From assembly GCA_964187785.1 (NCBI GenBank), contig OZ076409.1, positions 36,954,001 through 37,018,000 of the forward strand: a DNA stretch of 64,000 bases, read 5' to 3'. The position numbers were made by a program, and so were the translations under genes. This document shows positions 47,082-60,969 of this stretch, in pieces. The DNA is from Amphiscolops sp. MND2022. Taxonomy: Eukaryota. Numbering within the stretch: position 1 is the stretch's first letter; the number at the start of each line of letters is the position of its first letter. The notes beneath the pieces were generated by a model. That model did not search any database. It saw only the letters and a list, made by a program, of their open reading frames with translations, and was not told the DNA's origin.

Positions 47082-50000
47082 TTAGTTCTTTTGTTCAGAT
47101 GATCGTTTCTGCTTCCAAATCTTTTCTCTGTCCTAATTCTATCTGGTACCTGCTTTTTCCCAGATGTTTGTTCCTAGAAACAGAATTTTGTGATACAGAA
47201 TTGAGAGTCGCTACTTTTCATTCGGAGAGTATTCAAGAAACTGATTTCTAATAAATTTCAAATATGTCCCGAAGCAACTCTTGAGCCTATACTGTCATGT
47301 TAATTGATTTTTTGTAACATAGTAATATATGTAACAACATTTCAACAGATTTCTTAAAAAGTTTTATTTGGTTTTTGACAGACATCACTGAGGCTCATAC
47401 ATGGGATTTTAACGTAGTCTAATCGATGATCCATCGAAAGCACAAATCAAAAACATTGGCTGCTTTGTCAATGGTCCATCGGTTGAGACGCAAAGGTTAT
47501 TCAATCTCCTTTGACTGTGCTGAATTAGAATTCCAACTCGGGATGAGTTGTGCCTCAAGATATATTCATTTGATGAGTTTCAAGGTTTGCTTACGGAGAT
47601 CCAACGGACCGCCAAATGAAGTTCGATGATCTTAGAGATGTTTTGGAATGTGTTTAATGATTGTTTTCAACAGCATTTTTGCTTGATATTTTCGAAAGCA
47701 GCATTAATAGGAAACAGCTGTTCGAAACGTTTGATTCAAAGTCTCAATGAAAATGTTTACAGCTGTGTAATCATTGTCATTTTTGAAACTTCAATGCACC
47801 TGATATCTTGGGATTAAGGTGAGATTCTGAATGCGGTTCATATGGTTAGAAAATTAACAGAAGACCTTTGCATTCATCTACTTTTGAACGCTCAGAATTT
47901 TTTCAGCGATAAGTAGAGCAATGAACTGTAGGAAAGCTTTTGAACTATCGCATATTTTGCTGTGGAAATTCCATCTTCACACAGATAAGCTTGGTTAATT
48001 TATGAGGTCAAACTTGGCAAGTTACCTAAGTGAATGTGACACAAATTGAGCCACGCTGTCTGCTTCTTTGTAGCCACTTTTGATATTACATAATTGCCTG
48101 CTGATAACCTCAACTAAGGCTTCTCTTTTCATTTTTGCCATCAACGTGGAAATTCCGAAGACTTTAATTGATGGAAAGCTACGTGGAATAAACGTGGCGT
48201 GAAATCTATAAAAACATTTTGTTGTTCTCGCTTGAATAACGCAATTTTTTCAGGCATGTAGCATTATTGGTTTTTGTCATAACTTTTTTCAGATAAAGCG
48301 ACGCCCGACGAAAAAAAAATCAAAACTCGTGTCTTCTTTTTGTAGTCTTTCCAGCGATTTGTTCTTTTGACTTAGCTTTGTTTGTTCAAGTCAACTCAAC
48401 CATGAGTTGTTTTGTTTCCCATTTCTCCTTTTTAAATATTAGGAGAAAGCATTAGCCTCCATGCTCTAATCTGAAAACATTTTCAGAAAATTAACTACAA
48501 ACCTGAAATAATAGAGGAGAGCCTTCGATCCCATTTTACCACTAGCTTCAGAGTCGAGCGATGTCACCCCTGAAACAAACCGGTGTGAAAAGAATATGAC
48601 AGTGCGTGAAAGTGAAAAGATGAAATGAACAGTTCTTGTTTATTTTTCGTCAATTTTCGTAGATAATTTCACACTAATGGCTTCTTTCATTCAACATACC
48701 GTGTTTCTGAGAGCTGCAGGAAATTCCAGATCTCGACATCACTATCGTTTTTTATCATTCTTCAGAAGAAACTAAATTTTTCAAGGCGCTCAGTTTTACC
48801 TTCCTTCCGAATTCAAAGATAAAATAGGAAGCTCATTGTTTACAAATCAACATTGGATGTCTTCTGATAAAATTTCTATGACAAACCAACACAATTCCTT
48901 GTATTTGATTTAAAACCGAGTGCGATAGGGTCAAGTTCCATGGCCCAAATGAAAAAAATATTTTTCGAAAAAGTGCGGCTGGGAACCAATGTACGGCAGA
49001 CTTTCTTTACTTGCGAAAATGAATTCTTAAATTTCAAATAGAAACCGCATATAAACTGACTACAATGTCGTCTAGGGTCAAAATGACCGTCAAAAATTTT
49101 GAAGTGCTCAATTTGAACCGAATTCACATTCATGATCTAACTAATATGCTCTTCTTCGGCTCTACTGGGATCTTACTGAGTTGGCGAGAGCCCGAGGGTT
49201 TTCCATTAACAGAGTAAGAAACCCACAGGCTGTTATTAGCTGTAGAGTACTTGAGACTGCCATTGAGTAACCATATACCATTTACAAAAAATTGATCACA
49301 GTGTAGCAGAAGTTTGAACTATAGAAAGTCGTACTGTAAGTTCGAGTCAAACCGTGAATGATAAGAGTGGATGATTCACTTGTGGGCGAGCTTACTAGCA
49401 AGAACTCAATAGTGAGACCAAACTCTCACGAGCTGTGATTATAATCGTATGATTATACGTAAGATCCAATCTTCTCTCAAAAATGCCTTCAGAGTGTGTT
49501 CTTACTATCATTCTCTACCATTGCGTAGAAAGTAAGAACAAACACGTTCCGAGCATCAACAGATTCCTCCCTAATAGAGCAAGCATCAGAAAATGAGCGA
49601 TGAAAAACGTGAACGACTCAGTTGATGGCTGAACAAACACGATCGATTTTTGCACATCAAGTCGGCGGAAAAAATCTCCCGCCTGTCTACAATATGCGAT
49701 CAATATTCTTCAATATTCATAAGCTGTTGATCATCATCAGCGTGATGCATTGATCTTTATCAATTATGTAATCACTGTCAGAGTCGTTTTTCTACTTTTC
49801 ATTCATTACTATCTCTGACTTTTGAAATGGACGAACCAATTCAAAGTTGAGTTTGCTTGCCATTTACAGAATACTGAAAAAGTCAATTTTCAAAACGTCC
49901 CAAAAAGATGGCGCTTTTGAAATGTCTTTCAATTTCCTCTATATTGTCTCATATATTATTGAACAATGTTTTCATCTGATTGTTTTTGAAGCACAAAGGC

Positions 50001-50830
50001 TTTATACTTTAGGATTTGAATGTTACAAATAACTAAAATATATCTTTTTGTCAAAAGTAACTTCTTTGAATTTGTTTGGTTCAAAGGTAAGGAAGCAAGC
50101 TCACAAATACGTTTTCTTATCGTTCAACTGGATGCAGATAAATCGAGAAGTTATCAAAAGCTTCAGTAGTCAATAGGTTCATTGAGGCCCCATCAAAAGG
50201 AGAGCAAAAAGATTGAGTTATCAATTATATCAAAAGAATTTTTCGTTCAATCTGCATTTAATCTGAGAACTGAGGTCATTTTTTCAACAGCGTGGATTAG
50301 CTTTTTCAGCTTTCAAACTTTTTTAGAGTTGTGCCGTATTCCAGAATAGCTCGTTGTTTATGTGTTCACGTAACAAAAATGAATTCTCTTGGCAAATGAT
50401 GTGAACCCTTATCAAGAGCAAGTTTCAGAAATTTCGTGCGAAGAGAACAGAACTTGCCAACGACGTTGGTTTTGCTAGTTTTATGGAACCTTCGATATAA
50501 TTGAACGGAGAAAAACACACGCCGAAACTAATCATAACTCAAAACAAGTCACAACTCAATTGCCTGTTTATCCGATGGAAAATAAATTTACACTATGCTA
50601 TGGTCAAAAACTACATTTCCCTGTTTACTGCTTGGGATGCCGTCAAAGAGTTACAAGTTGTTTCTCACAATCCGTCTACATTTTTGAGCCTGAAGCGGGG
50701 CGCCGGCTTATGACGTTCGCGGCTTGTTAACGACCCTTGTTGAGAAAAGTGGCTTTCATTGCAAGGATCTTGCCATAATTTTTAGAGATCTTGCAAGATA
50801 ATGCATTTTCCTTGGATTCTTTGTAAGCTT

Positions 50831-51416
50831 ACAAACACAATTGACTTATTACATATTTGACTACTGCTATGCATTGTGACGACGCGTTGCGATAACATGA
50901 GACGATGGAGTTTGCGTTTTTTTGTCGGGTACCCCTATGCAAGAGCTGTCAGTCAAAGTCTGATTATCTAGCATGATAAAACTATCAGAGTGCTAAACCT
51001 CTAAAACCTAACTAACAGCCAAACTTGCAGTCTGCTGGTATGGTAGCCATTGTGCCTCACTACATCATTCTATTACCCAGTTTTTACTTTTGGTTTAGAA
51101 AAATGCAATTCTTTAAAGGATCTAGATCCTTTAAAGAATTGCATTTTTCTAAACCAAAAGTAAAAACTGGGTAATAGAATGATGTAGTGAGGCACAATGG
51201 CTACCATACCAGCAGACTGCAAGTTTGGCTGTTAGTTAGGTTTTAGAGGTTTAGCACTCTGATAGTTTTATCATGCTAGATAATCAGACTTTGACTGACA
51301 GCTCTTGCATAGGGGTACCCGACAAAAAAACGCAAACTCCATCATCTCATGTTATCGCAACGCGTCGTCACAATGCATAGCAGTAGTCAAATATGTAATA
51401 AGTCAATTGTGTTTGT
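50831..51416. repeat. 586-bp palindrome, one mismatch seen
   Basis: Centre aaggatct|agatcctt between 51123 and 51124. Confidence 0.95.
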
Positions 51417-51867
51417 TTCAGATGCTATGGTTCAAACTGTTCTGTTTTATATTGAAGTTCTAGTTTTTCTATTCCTTCATTAATTCTTGGGTTACTTTTC
51501 CCCAGATATAATTTCCATTTCCACTTTCATCACTTCATTAATGCCATTCTGTTCCGGTGCTTTACACTTGAGTTATTCCTTTTTCCAATGCACTGTACCG
51601 TTACTCAGTGTCTTAGCGTTGTTTCGATAAGGGTTTCCTCAGGCCTAACTGCCGCAGTTGCCGTTCAGTGTGAAAATTCTTGAAATTTTTGACAAGATTT
51701 TCATATTTTTAAGAAAACCTTGACAAACTCTAAGCAAGATTCTCATCAAGAATACGATCTTGCAATATTTGGCCAAGACTTTCAACAGAAAAGTTAACAA
51801 ATGTGAATCAGCATAAACAAAACTCAATGCCCAACCATTGATCAGTGGGTGCAATTTGATCAGTGGG

Positions 51868-52021
51868 TGAAACATGCAATTTTTCAGCTAAATCAAACCT
51901 TTTTCATTTTCAGCTAAATGGATATTCGGCTAAGTGGCATCTCATGAGATGCCACTTAGCCGAATATCCATTTAGCTGAAAATGAAAAAGGTTTCATTTA
52001 GCTGAAAAATAGCATGTTTCA
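51868..52021. repeat. 154-bp palindrome, two mismatches
   Basis: Centre gcatctca|tgagatgc between 51944 and 51945. Confidence 0.93.
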
Positions 52022-52446
52022 GCGGGTAAAAATCATATCAACCATAATTTCTATATTTGTTGTATGACTCAGTCTTCCTCCTTCCGGGGCGCTGTGTCAG
52101 GTCAGCCCTCGTCAAAGCCAGCATTACTGTCAAAATACAGAATTATCCGTTGAACTAGTATTGGAACATTGCTTCGCTCATGCATTTAGGGCAGTAGAGG
52201 AATGCGATAATAACCTACTACGTTATAGTAATTTTCTAATAACTCTGTTTCGTTTGACATTTACAGTTATCTGCAGAATGTGTTTTGAGCAATCAAATTT
52301 GCGAATGAGTTTGATCACGCGCTGATTGCATTTATTAATTCTGCTAAGTGAAACATTTTTCATTATACTACGCCACAGCCGTTCACGCAATCAACTCAGC
52401 TATGACAGCCTGAATCCTGAATTTCAAAATTTTGGGCTGTCCCATA

Positions 52447-52964
52447 GAATGCAGGTCATTTCGCCTAATGCCATTTCGCCTAAAAATTTAGTTGAGTCAT
52501 TTCGCCTAAGAAAATTAGGCGAAATGACCAAACGGGAATAACGTCTAAATAATCATGTTTCGAAAAAGGCTTTCTGAAAGCGAAAATATCAAAATGTGGG
52601 GCATATGCGGTGTATGCACACTCGCCCTCACCGTCGCAAAGACCAGCTCCCACTACGATCGATTCGCGATCTCCGTTCCCGCTAGGTCTCTGCTCCTGTT
52701 CGACCTCGCTTAGCAAGATGGAACATAAGCGGCCCCAAGGGGCCGCGGGGCACTAGAAGGAATGGGACATATCCGAGGCACGTTTTCTATTTGTTTTCCA
52801 CTATTTGTTTTCCAATTTCATGTGTTTTTCACGTTTCTGAAAAAAAATTAGGCGAAGTGACCAAAGTAAAAGACGTTTCGCCTAAAAAAATTAGGCGAAG
52901 TGACCAAACACGTTAGGCGAAATGACTTTAGGCGAAATGGCATTAGGCGAAATGACCATTTCCC
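52447..52964. mobile_element. Foldback-type MITE with TTTCGCCTAA subrepeats and an 8-bp TSD
   Basis: Inverted GGTCATTTCGCCTAATGCCATTTCGCCTAAA at 52454 and 52957; GTCCCATA at 52439-52446 and 52965-52972. Confidence 0.8.
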
Positions 52965-53366
52965 GTCCCATAACCAAACACTTCAATGAATGATAGTATA
53001 GAGAAGGTGGTATGGTAGTATAGTACTATAGTATCGTAGTGCGAACAGCAGCAATGTGATTATAAACAAAATGTTTTTGTAATTTTACTCATTTTCTTGA
53101 GATTGTTGATAAGACTCCTACCAAGATTCCTTTCAGGAAGTTCGAGAGGTTCGTGTGAAGGAAGAATCAATAAGATCTTATCAAGTTTTTCAAGAGTGAC
53201 CGTGATTGTGTAAGAATATACAAGACTTCAGCAAAAATTATTCGGGATTTTTTGCACTAACCGAAATTCCAAATTCACCTTTTTCCGCAATCTGTTCAGA
53301 AATGGCTCCTTGGCCGTTTTCCTAATCGGTTAGGGAGCTGCTTCATCTCTGTTCGTCTGTTTCAAT

Positions 53367-53442
53367 TTTTTTTCAAATAACTGACTCGATTTTATTTGTT
53401 GTTGCAACAACAAATAAAATCGAGTCAGTTATTTGAAAAAAA
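53367..53442. repeat. Perfect 76-bp palindrome
   Basis: Centre ttgttgttg|caacaacaa between 53404 and 53405. Confidence 0.93.
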
Positions 53443-53961
53443 TTCTCTTCTTGCTCTCAATACTTGCTCTCAAAATTCTCTTCTTGCTCTTCTTGCTCTC
53501 AATACTGTTTTCTTCAAGATCCAATTTTTGATTTATCAGTTGCCGACTCCCATTCTTCATATTCATTCGACAAATCCTTCCAAATATGGCCTTTTTGTCA
53601 TCCCTGCTATTCATGCCGATATTCATTCACTCTTTCGGTAGAATTGTAATTATATTTGCTAATTTTTGTAGACCTGGCAAGTTTTCCTTCTGGAAGCTTC
53701 TAACTTGGATCCCCTTGACTTTTTCCTCACTAAATTGGCCGGGTCACATTTCTCTACGGGATCATCAATTCGATTTGGGAGAAATTCAAAATGAATGAAA
53801 ACCTTTGACTATATAACATTTCATTGTTTTTGGTTACGTTTTTAACTAAGTTGCGATCAAGCTATTTTAGAAAAAAAACATCCCATGTTGACCACTCCCT
53901 GCGAATCTGCACAGATCTGTACAGATCCTGACAGATATTCCAGGATTTGTCGAAAATTAGC

Positions 53962-55075
53962 TACCCGGGTTGACCTTCTTACTAGCATCTTGGCTGTCTT
54001 GGCAAGATCTTGCCAAATTCTTACTACATCTTGGCAACCATGGATCCCATGGCAAGATTCTTATTAAGATCTTACTAAGATAAAACTTATTCCAAGATCG
54101 TATCTTATCACGATGGACAAAAATTTAAGGTTATAAAAAACACTATACCTTCGGTACAAGCAGCCGAGACTCAATCTAAAGGCTCATTTCACCCAACAAC
54201 GACTATTTCTACTCGTTTTCATAATCAAAATGCTTAAACCTGCTGAAAAAATTTTGCAATTCTGGCATCCAAAATTTTGACGAGAATCCAAATAACTGCT
54301 CACCTGTTTAGGACTGAGAAATGAGAATGTACCAAAAAAGGTCATTTCAAGGGCTTTCCAAAACTTGTAATTTATCACTCCTGTCGATTCCAGAGGCAGA
54401 GAAATATGCTCTCAAACGTCCAGACCCACTATCGGAAAAATACAAAGGAAAGACCTTAAAATTCTGAAATTTTTGTAAAAATTATATTTCCAGCTTTCTT
54501 TGAGCTTGTTTCAGCAGCCTTATTACTGCTAGAAACGGCGGCCATTGCTCCGATTTGGGTAATGATTCAGCTCAAGGCTTTTCTGACGCCGTTGTTGGCG
54601 ACAGTTTTGCAATTGAAAGAACAATATCGATATCGAAATGGTTGTAAAAATTATTCAGTAATATTGTTTTGAGTGATGTGTAGATTATTTTTCCAAAACT
54701 CTTAATTTAATGGTTTTCTGATTCTACTTTTTCTCAATATCGAGCAGTTCGTAGCAATTTTTTTCTTGCCATATTCGGCTTCTTAGTTAGATTTTTCTTG
54801 CCATGTTGGGCTTCTTAGTAAGATTTTTCTTGCCATATTCGGCTTCTTAGTTCGATTTTTCTTGCCATATTGGGCTTCTTAGTAAGATTTTTCTTGCCAT
54901 ATTGGGCCTCTTAGTAAAATTTTTCTTGGAAAAATGGCTCTCTTGATAAGATCTTACCATGGATCTTGCAATTCTTGGCAATATCTTGTCACGATCTTTG
55001 CTAAGATTTTTCCAAGATCTTGGCAAGATCTTCCCAAGATCTTACTAAGATATCCATGGAGGGTCGACCCGGGTA
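53962..55075. mobile_element. MITE with TA-CCCGGGTYGACC TIRs, AAGATCTT-rich subtermini and an internal 32-bp minisatellite
   Basis: tacccgggttgacc...ggtcgacccgggta; cttgcc units at 54765, 54797, 54829, 54861 and 54893. Confidence 0.8.
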
Positions 55076-58000
55076 GCCAAAAAAACAGCTTTGAAATTGA
55101 AATTAGTTGATTAAAAAGTGCTCTACGAGATAAACACGCCTCTGCACTGAAATTTCGAAAAAAAGTTTCTGTGCGAATCTGTACAGATCTGTACAAATCC
55201 GGACAGATATTCCAGGATTTGTCAAACTTTAACCATACGAAAATGACCAATAAATTACTATAACGTATTCCAAGGTTCCAGCTATTTCTAAAACTACTCC
55301 AGCAAACCATGTGCCCGAAATATTAGAACCACAGCACTTTATCAACACCTCTATCAACCCACACGGTGGCCACATGTCTAATCTCATTCGCCAAAACTAA
55401 GTCAATATGGCAAAGGAGCCTCTCATAGTTGAACAACCACTTCTGAAAAGTTCAAGTGAATTCAGTAAACTACCCTGTATAACCTATACCGAGCATTCCC
55501 CAGACACCAAAATTACCGTGATGGCGACAAGCTTTCCAGTTAGAGAATTTTGAGTGATGAAGAGTTTCAACTGACTGGCCCTTGGTCAGGTAACATAATT
55601 CTTGAAGAAGCCCAAAATTGAAATACATAATTTCACTAGAACGTCCGGAAAAAATTTTCCTGAAAAATCTGTACAGAAAATCTTTGAAAATCTGTAAAGA
55701 TCCTTGCAGATCTGCAGTTGTCCTTACGTAGCAGCTGCACGATCGTTACAGATCTTCAAGGGAAATTGGCTCACAGATCTGTACAGATTCTCAAGGAAAG
55801 CTCAACATGGGATGTGCCAGTCAAAAATACAGAATTATCTGTGGAAAATTGTTGAGAAATCGTCGTGTTTCAATTATGCCATAAGAAACTTCAAACTATT
55901 CAAATCTAAAAAATGTGCCTTTGGTGCTTGCGGTCTTGCTTTGCGTATACCTTTCATCAATGTTAGCGGCACTTTTGTGTAACGGGGACGCTAATCTGAA
56001 CATTTTGACTAGATATAAATTGACAGGCAGAAATTATCTGGAGAGAAGAAAAAACTGCAATACTTCGAGGAAAAAATTATCAAAATGAGGGAAAATAGCG
56101 CTTTAATTGGAAAACATGGATACGGGGGACGGAGCAAGAAAAATACGCATCAGAAAAATGATACCAACCACGAAAAATAAATGATAATGAACTTGATCGA
56201 TGTCTGTAACGGTGCTGCTCATTAAAATTGAAGACAAGATCAAATTACAATCGACCTTGCCAAATTTTTGTTTGCAGAATTTGCGCAGAATGAGAAACAA
56301 ACCCGCAAATTATCATCTACCGATACAAGCCATGGCAAACTTCTATTCTTCGCTAAGAATTAGAGAACACCGGAAAATGGAGCAAAAATTCACAATTTTT
56401 CTATTCCACGCCAATCACCCATTTTCCTTCAGATAGAGCATGTATAGACAAATGTTAGATGAGATGCTACAGAAAAGGTCAACTTAGTTGCATTTCCAAT
56501 AAGTTTATAGATTCATATTGATCAACAATTGAGAGGCGGGAATCTGATAGGAAATCGAAGGCCGCTTCAAAATTGAGATTTATTGTCTTGGGGTAAGAAT
56601 TACCTAGGATAGAATTATCTGGGATTTGAATCATTGGAAATGTAGAAATTAATGTCTGCTGAGGAGAGGTTTGCCGGGAAGTCTGAAAAGATTTCAAAAG
56701 CAGGCAAACGACGTGCCATATGGTAGATAAATTGATTAGCTGGTCCATTGCTGAGAGAAAGTGGGAAAAGAAAAGAAAAGAGCGCCGCTACCTCCGTACC
56801 CATTCTCCTAAGCAGCCGTGTCCATGTTTAGTAATGTGTTCACGCCTGGGTGAACACAGGGAGAGCAGGCGACCTCTTACGCGAAAGGAGGCAAACTGTG
56901 GGCACAATTCTCAGGGGACGGTATTTTTGTCGATTTCCCTGTTGGTACACTGAGAAATGTCACGATGAATAAACATTCGGAGCTCAATGGTCGCGGCTGA
57001 TGCAGCCAAACAGCTCTGTTTGTGTTTGTGTTAAATTTCTGACACTCATTACAACTAGGTAATAACGGGAATAATAGTCGGATAGTGTTGCTTACACCTG
57101 GGACCCCTAGTACGACCAATTCCCTCTCCGTACAGCTTCGCTTCTCTTATTAGTATTTTTATTCTCCTCAGGTTGTAAATAAACAGCGATGAATTCACAG
57201 AGGCTGGGGGAAAAGTAGGGAAAAGAGATGGGGTAGGTGGTTGTCAGGAGTCTTGCAAGCTATCTACCCTTCAGGGGAGTTACTTAGCAAGAATGTAGAA
57301 CAGTACAACAGCGGCTAAGAAGGGACATCAATCTAAGCGGCCGTGAACTAATCGCATTATTTGCAAATTTTAAGACTTGCTGCGAGAAACGCTTGAGTTA
57401 TTTTAACGCGGTATTCACAGTACACAAACTCAGTACACACAATTCAGTACATTTGACTGCCAAATGCCGAAGAATAATTATAGGCACCTGGCGCGCATTG
57501 CACCACCATTCAGTCGCTTGTTCCTCGACCACACACTGTACACATGAGTGCATAACTTTAATGCCATCGCTTTATCACGATGCCACCGGGATCTCACCTC
57601 AGCCTATCCTCCATATCGAGATACCATGGAACTTGGTAATGTACCAGCAGCAGTCGATTGCATACCAACGACACTAAACCGCCACTGCATGGCTGTGGAG
57701 GTATCGCAAATTGTCAAATTACACAACCAGTTCACCGCGAATTCCGGAAATACACTTTCAGGAAATGATCTTATCAAACTTTGACAAAGCCATCCAAAAG
57801 TCAAAACTGCAAATATAAAAAAATGATAGGCACCGTTTTTTTTTCAGTCACAGGTCAAAACATGGCTAATGAAAAAACTCAAAATTGCAGGTTAGAATTC
57901 ATTCCAATACAGTGGAATTACTTCCTATTAGAATGATAGTGATTCTGAGATCCGGTCTTGTTTCGTTAGTAAGACCCACCAGTAGTCATGTAATTTAATG

Positions 58001-60131
58001 AGACTCGCTTTTGCTTCGATCATGCATTTAAGGCACCATGGGAGGTAGACAATGGTAGTGTTGGCACCGAATAGTGCTGAAAATGTAACTCATTTTAACG
58101 CCTGTTCATACTAACACTCAGCAATAATCCACCAATGATCGGTCACCCATAGCTAACGCAAAATGTGTCATGGCCACAGGTGGGGCTGTGATGGGAAACG
58201 GAGGCCACCGATGGATTACCCTGGGTTATCACTCCGGGTTGTCACCCCGGGTTGCATTTCAGCTGTCGCAATTTTAATTGATAGAATTTTTTATTTTGAC
58301 ACAATCTACGCAGCTTCGATTGGAGCTTTCCATTCTTTTCATAGGCTTCGTCACACATGTTCGGTGAGAGCTTCGCTAAATGTAACATGGTCTGTGGACA
58401 CGAAATTCGACACAACGCGAGCTATAGCGCAAACCTCAAAACAGAAAGGATAATCCGGTCATAAAACTTAATGAAGCATTTTGAAATTTGTCAAGATAAA
58501 AAACTAAGAAAATGGCCACTGAAAATATAGCAGAGGTTTTAGCTTGACTGTGAACTGAGCGGCCTCTTTTAGAGCTGAGACCATTTTTTAGAGCTGGGAA
58601 TTAATTAGATGCCACGAGGTTTTTCGTCAATTTCTATTCTTTCATTATTCTGGACTCGAACAGAAATTGCCCAATTTTTCTAAAAATTTTCAATGGACTT
58701 TTTCAATAATGCATACTTGTGACTGAAACTAAAAACTGGCAGCCACGGTGGCAACCATAAAAAGAAGGGTTTGCAGGCGGTTTCTTATCTGTTTTCATTT
58801 GAAAACAATAAAAGGAGCTCAAAGCTAGGTTAGCTTTAAGCTTGTGCCAAACATACAAAGGCAAGAGCAAAGATTGAAGGAATTGATTGTTAGTCTTTTT
58901 ATGAACTAAACAAAAAATGACCTCTTTTAGACGCGTCCATCTTCCTGAATGAATTCCCATCATCAAACAATCATAGAGATGCGAGGAAGACTAGAGACAT
59001 TTGACAATGACTTGAAAACATTTTATGCTGCTTTTTGATGCATTACCAAATCCATTTAATTGTGCAAAAGTCTGAAAAAGGAACATCTGGAGCTTCTTTC
59101 ACTCAAAAATCAACAAAAAGCGTTGTCAATCAGTCACTTACCATCCGTACATGCAACTCAAAGGTTGTTTTTTATTTTTTACTTCTTGATTCGATAACTT
59201 CGAGTATGAAGCTGTCTCCGACTATTGAAATATTACTGACTGATGAACTTTCAAGTGTGCGATAGATTTGACCGCAGGTTTTCGCAGTATTTCACGGCTG
59301 CACAGCACTGCGATCACTCATTTCTGCATAATTTCATTCACCCGCAACAGCTATCGATCAGGAAGAACGCAAGGGAGTCACAAGGCGAAGACGGAAATTA
59401 GAATGTGCCTCGAGTAGAAGTACTTCTAAATATGTCAGAAGTGAAGTCAGTAATGACTACTTGTCAATATTTAGAAGCACAAGATGCATTTTGAAACTCT
59501 TTCTCTGCTCTAATTTGGCATTTTATTCACTCCATTTTGAAGGGGGCTCAATGTCACATTCGCCTAAGTCGCCGCCTTCTCAGGGAGCAACCAGACTACA
59601 AGTCATCATCACAAGGTGTTGCGCATATTTGAGCAAAAAATATCGAAATGAACCAGATAAGCAAAAAATATGGGCCCAAAATGCACCAATACAATTAAAA
59701 TGAAACACTTTTGGGGTATTTTTGAAAGTGATATGGAAACACAGTTTTGTGTTAACAACGGACAGATTCTGAAAGTAATTCAGATCTTGGTGATGACAAT
59801 TCCAAATAGATGTCTAATCGAGCTTGCATTCAGAGCCTTTACTTGTCCTTTGCTATTGGTTCTGAATACAGTAAAGCATAAAGGCGTAGAAATTTTAAAA
59901 ACCAGATCATTTTGTGCCTGCTTGGATGAAATTGGGAAATTTTGATCTGCAATTTCATTTACAAAATATTCGTTGAAATACTTTAGAGTTTCATATGTAT
60001 ATTCTTTGCAAGTGCTTATTACGTTCAAAGGTGACAAGTGTTAAAATAATTGCATAATCGAAATCCTGGAGAACTTCAAAGAACTGAAACTTTTTCCCTT
60101 TTTAAGGACTTTTTAACGATAAATTAAACGG

Positions 60132-60191
60132 TTTCTTCCTTGCTCTGGGTACCCAAATCTATAGATTCGGGTACCCAAAGCAAGGAAGAAA
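60132..60191. repeat. 60-bp palindrome, two mismatches
   Basis: tttcttccttgctctgggtacccaaatcta|tagattcgggtacccaaagcaaggaagaaa. Confidence 0.85.
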
Positions 60192-60969
60192 GGCATCATG
60201 GAATTCCATGCGATTCCTTGCATAGAACCACATGATTCCATGCATAGAATCGCTTGGAAACATTTGAGTCAATATATGGAATCATATGTCGCTCTGTGTG
60301 AAACCTTTCGAAACTGTACACAAATCACGTAAGTTTGAAATGGAGCATCAAAAACAATGATAAAACTAAGGCAATACTTTCATTTAAATTGTTTGAATAC
60401 GGCCTCGATCTACAAACATTATTTGCAGATTTTTGGAACCGAAGTCTTCATGCTGGGAACTTGAAAGCGCTCTGCAAGTGAGACCCAAAAAGACCCAACC
60501 ATAAGTTTCATTCATGAAAATGTATGGAAAGCAAGAATGTCATAGTTCCATGCAAGAAGTTGCGTGGAATTCAGTGGATCATTTGGTTCCATGCAAAGAA
60601 TCCGGGTATGCTCATTGAAACGAATTTTTTTTGTTTGAGCTAGTAGTTTACTTTCATTTTCTGGTGAAATTGTCAGTCACAAACATTTATGAGACATGAT
60701 TGTCGACCAGCGCTGGGCCAGAAAAGTAACTAGCTTCAAAACTTGTGAACCTGAGAAGTTTTATGACCAGTCAGTGGATGTTCTTGAAAAACTACCCCCT
60801 CCAAAAAATATTCTTGATTGAATCAATGTCTTCCCTTGAAGTCTTTTTCTATGAATATATTGCTTCCTATTTGATTATGTTTCCTTATCGTTCCTAAAAG
60901 TTCCTAGAGTTCCATAGAAGTGCAATAGTGTTAAACATGAGTTTCATAGAAGGGCCATACTGAAAAAGC

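Noticed and set aside
41802..52021. Palindrome lengths as nucleosome multiples (147, 154, 154, 302, 586)
   Set aside because: Too few cases, and 60, 76 and 116 do not fit.
59135..59330. Minus-strand exon with strong GTAAGT donor as an SLC1 5' exon
   Set aside because: No SLC1-like translation; a UTR exon cannot be supported without transcripts.
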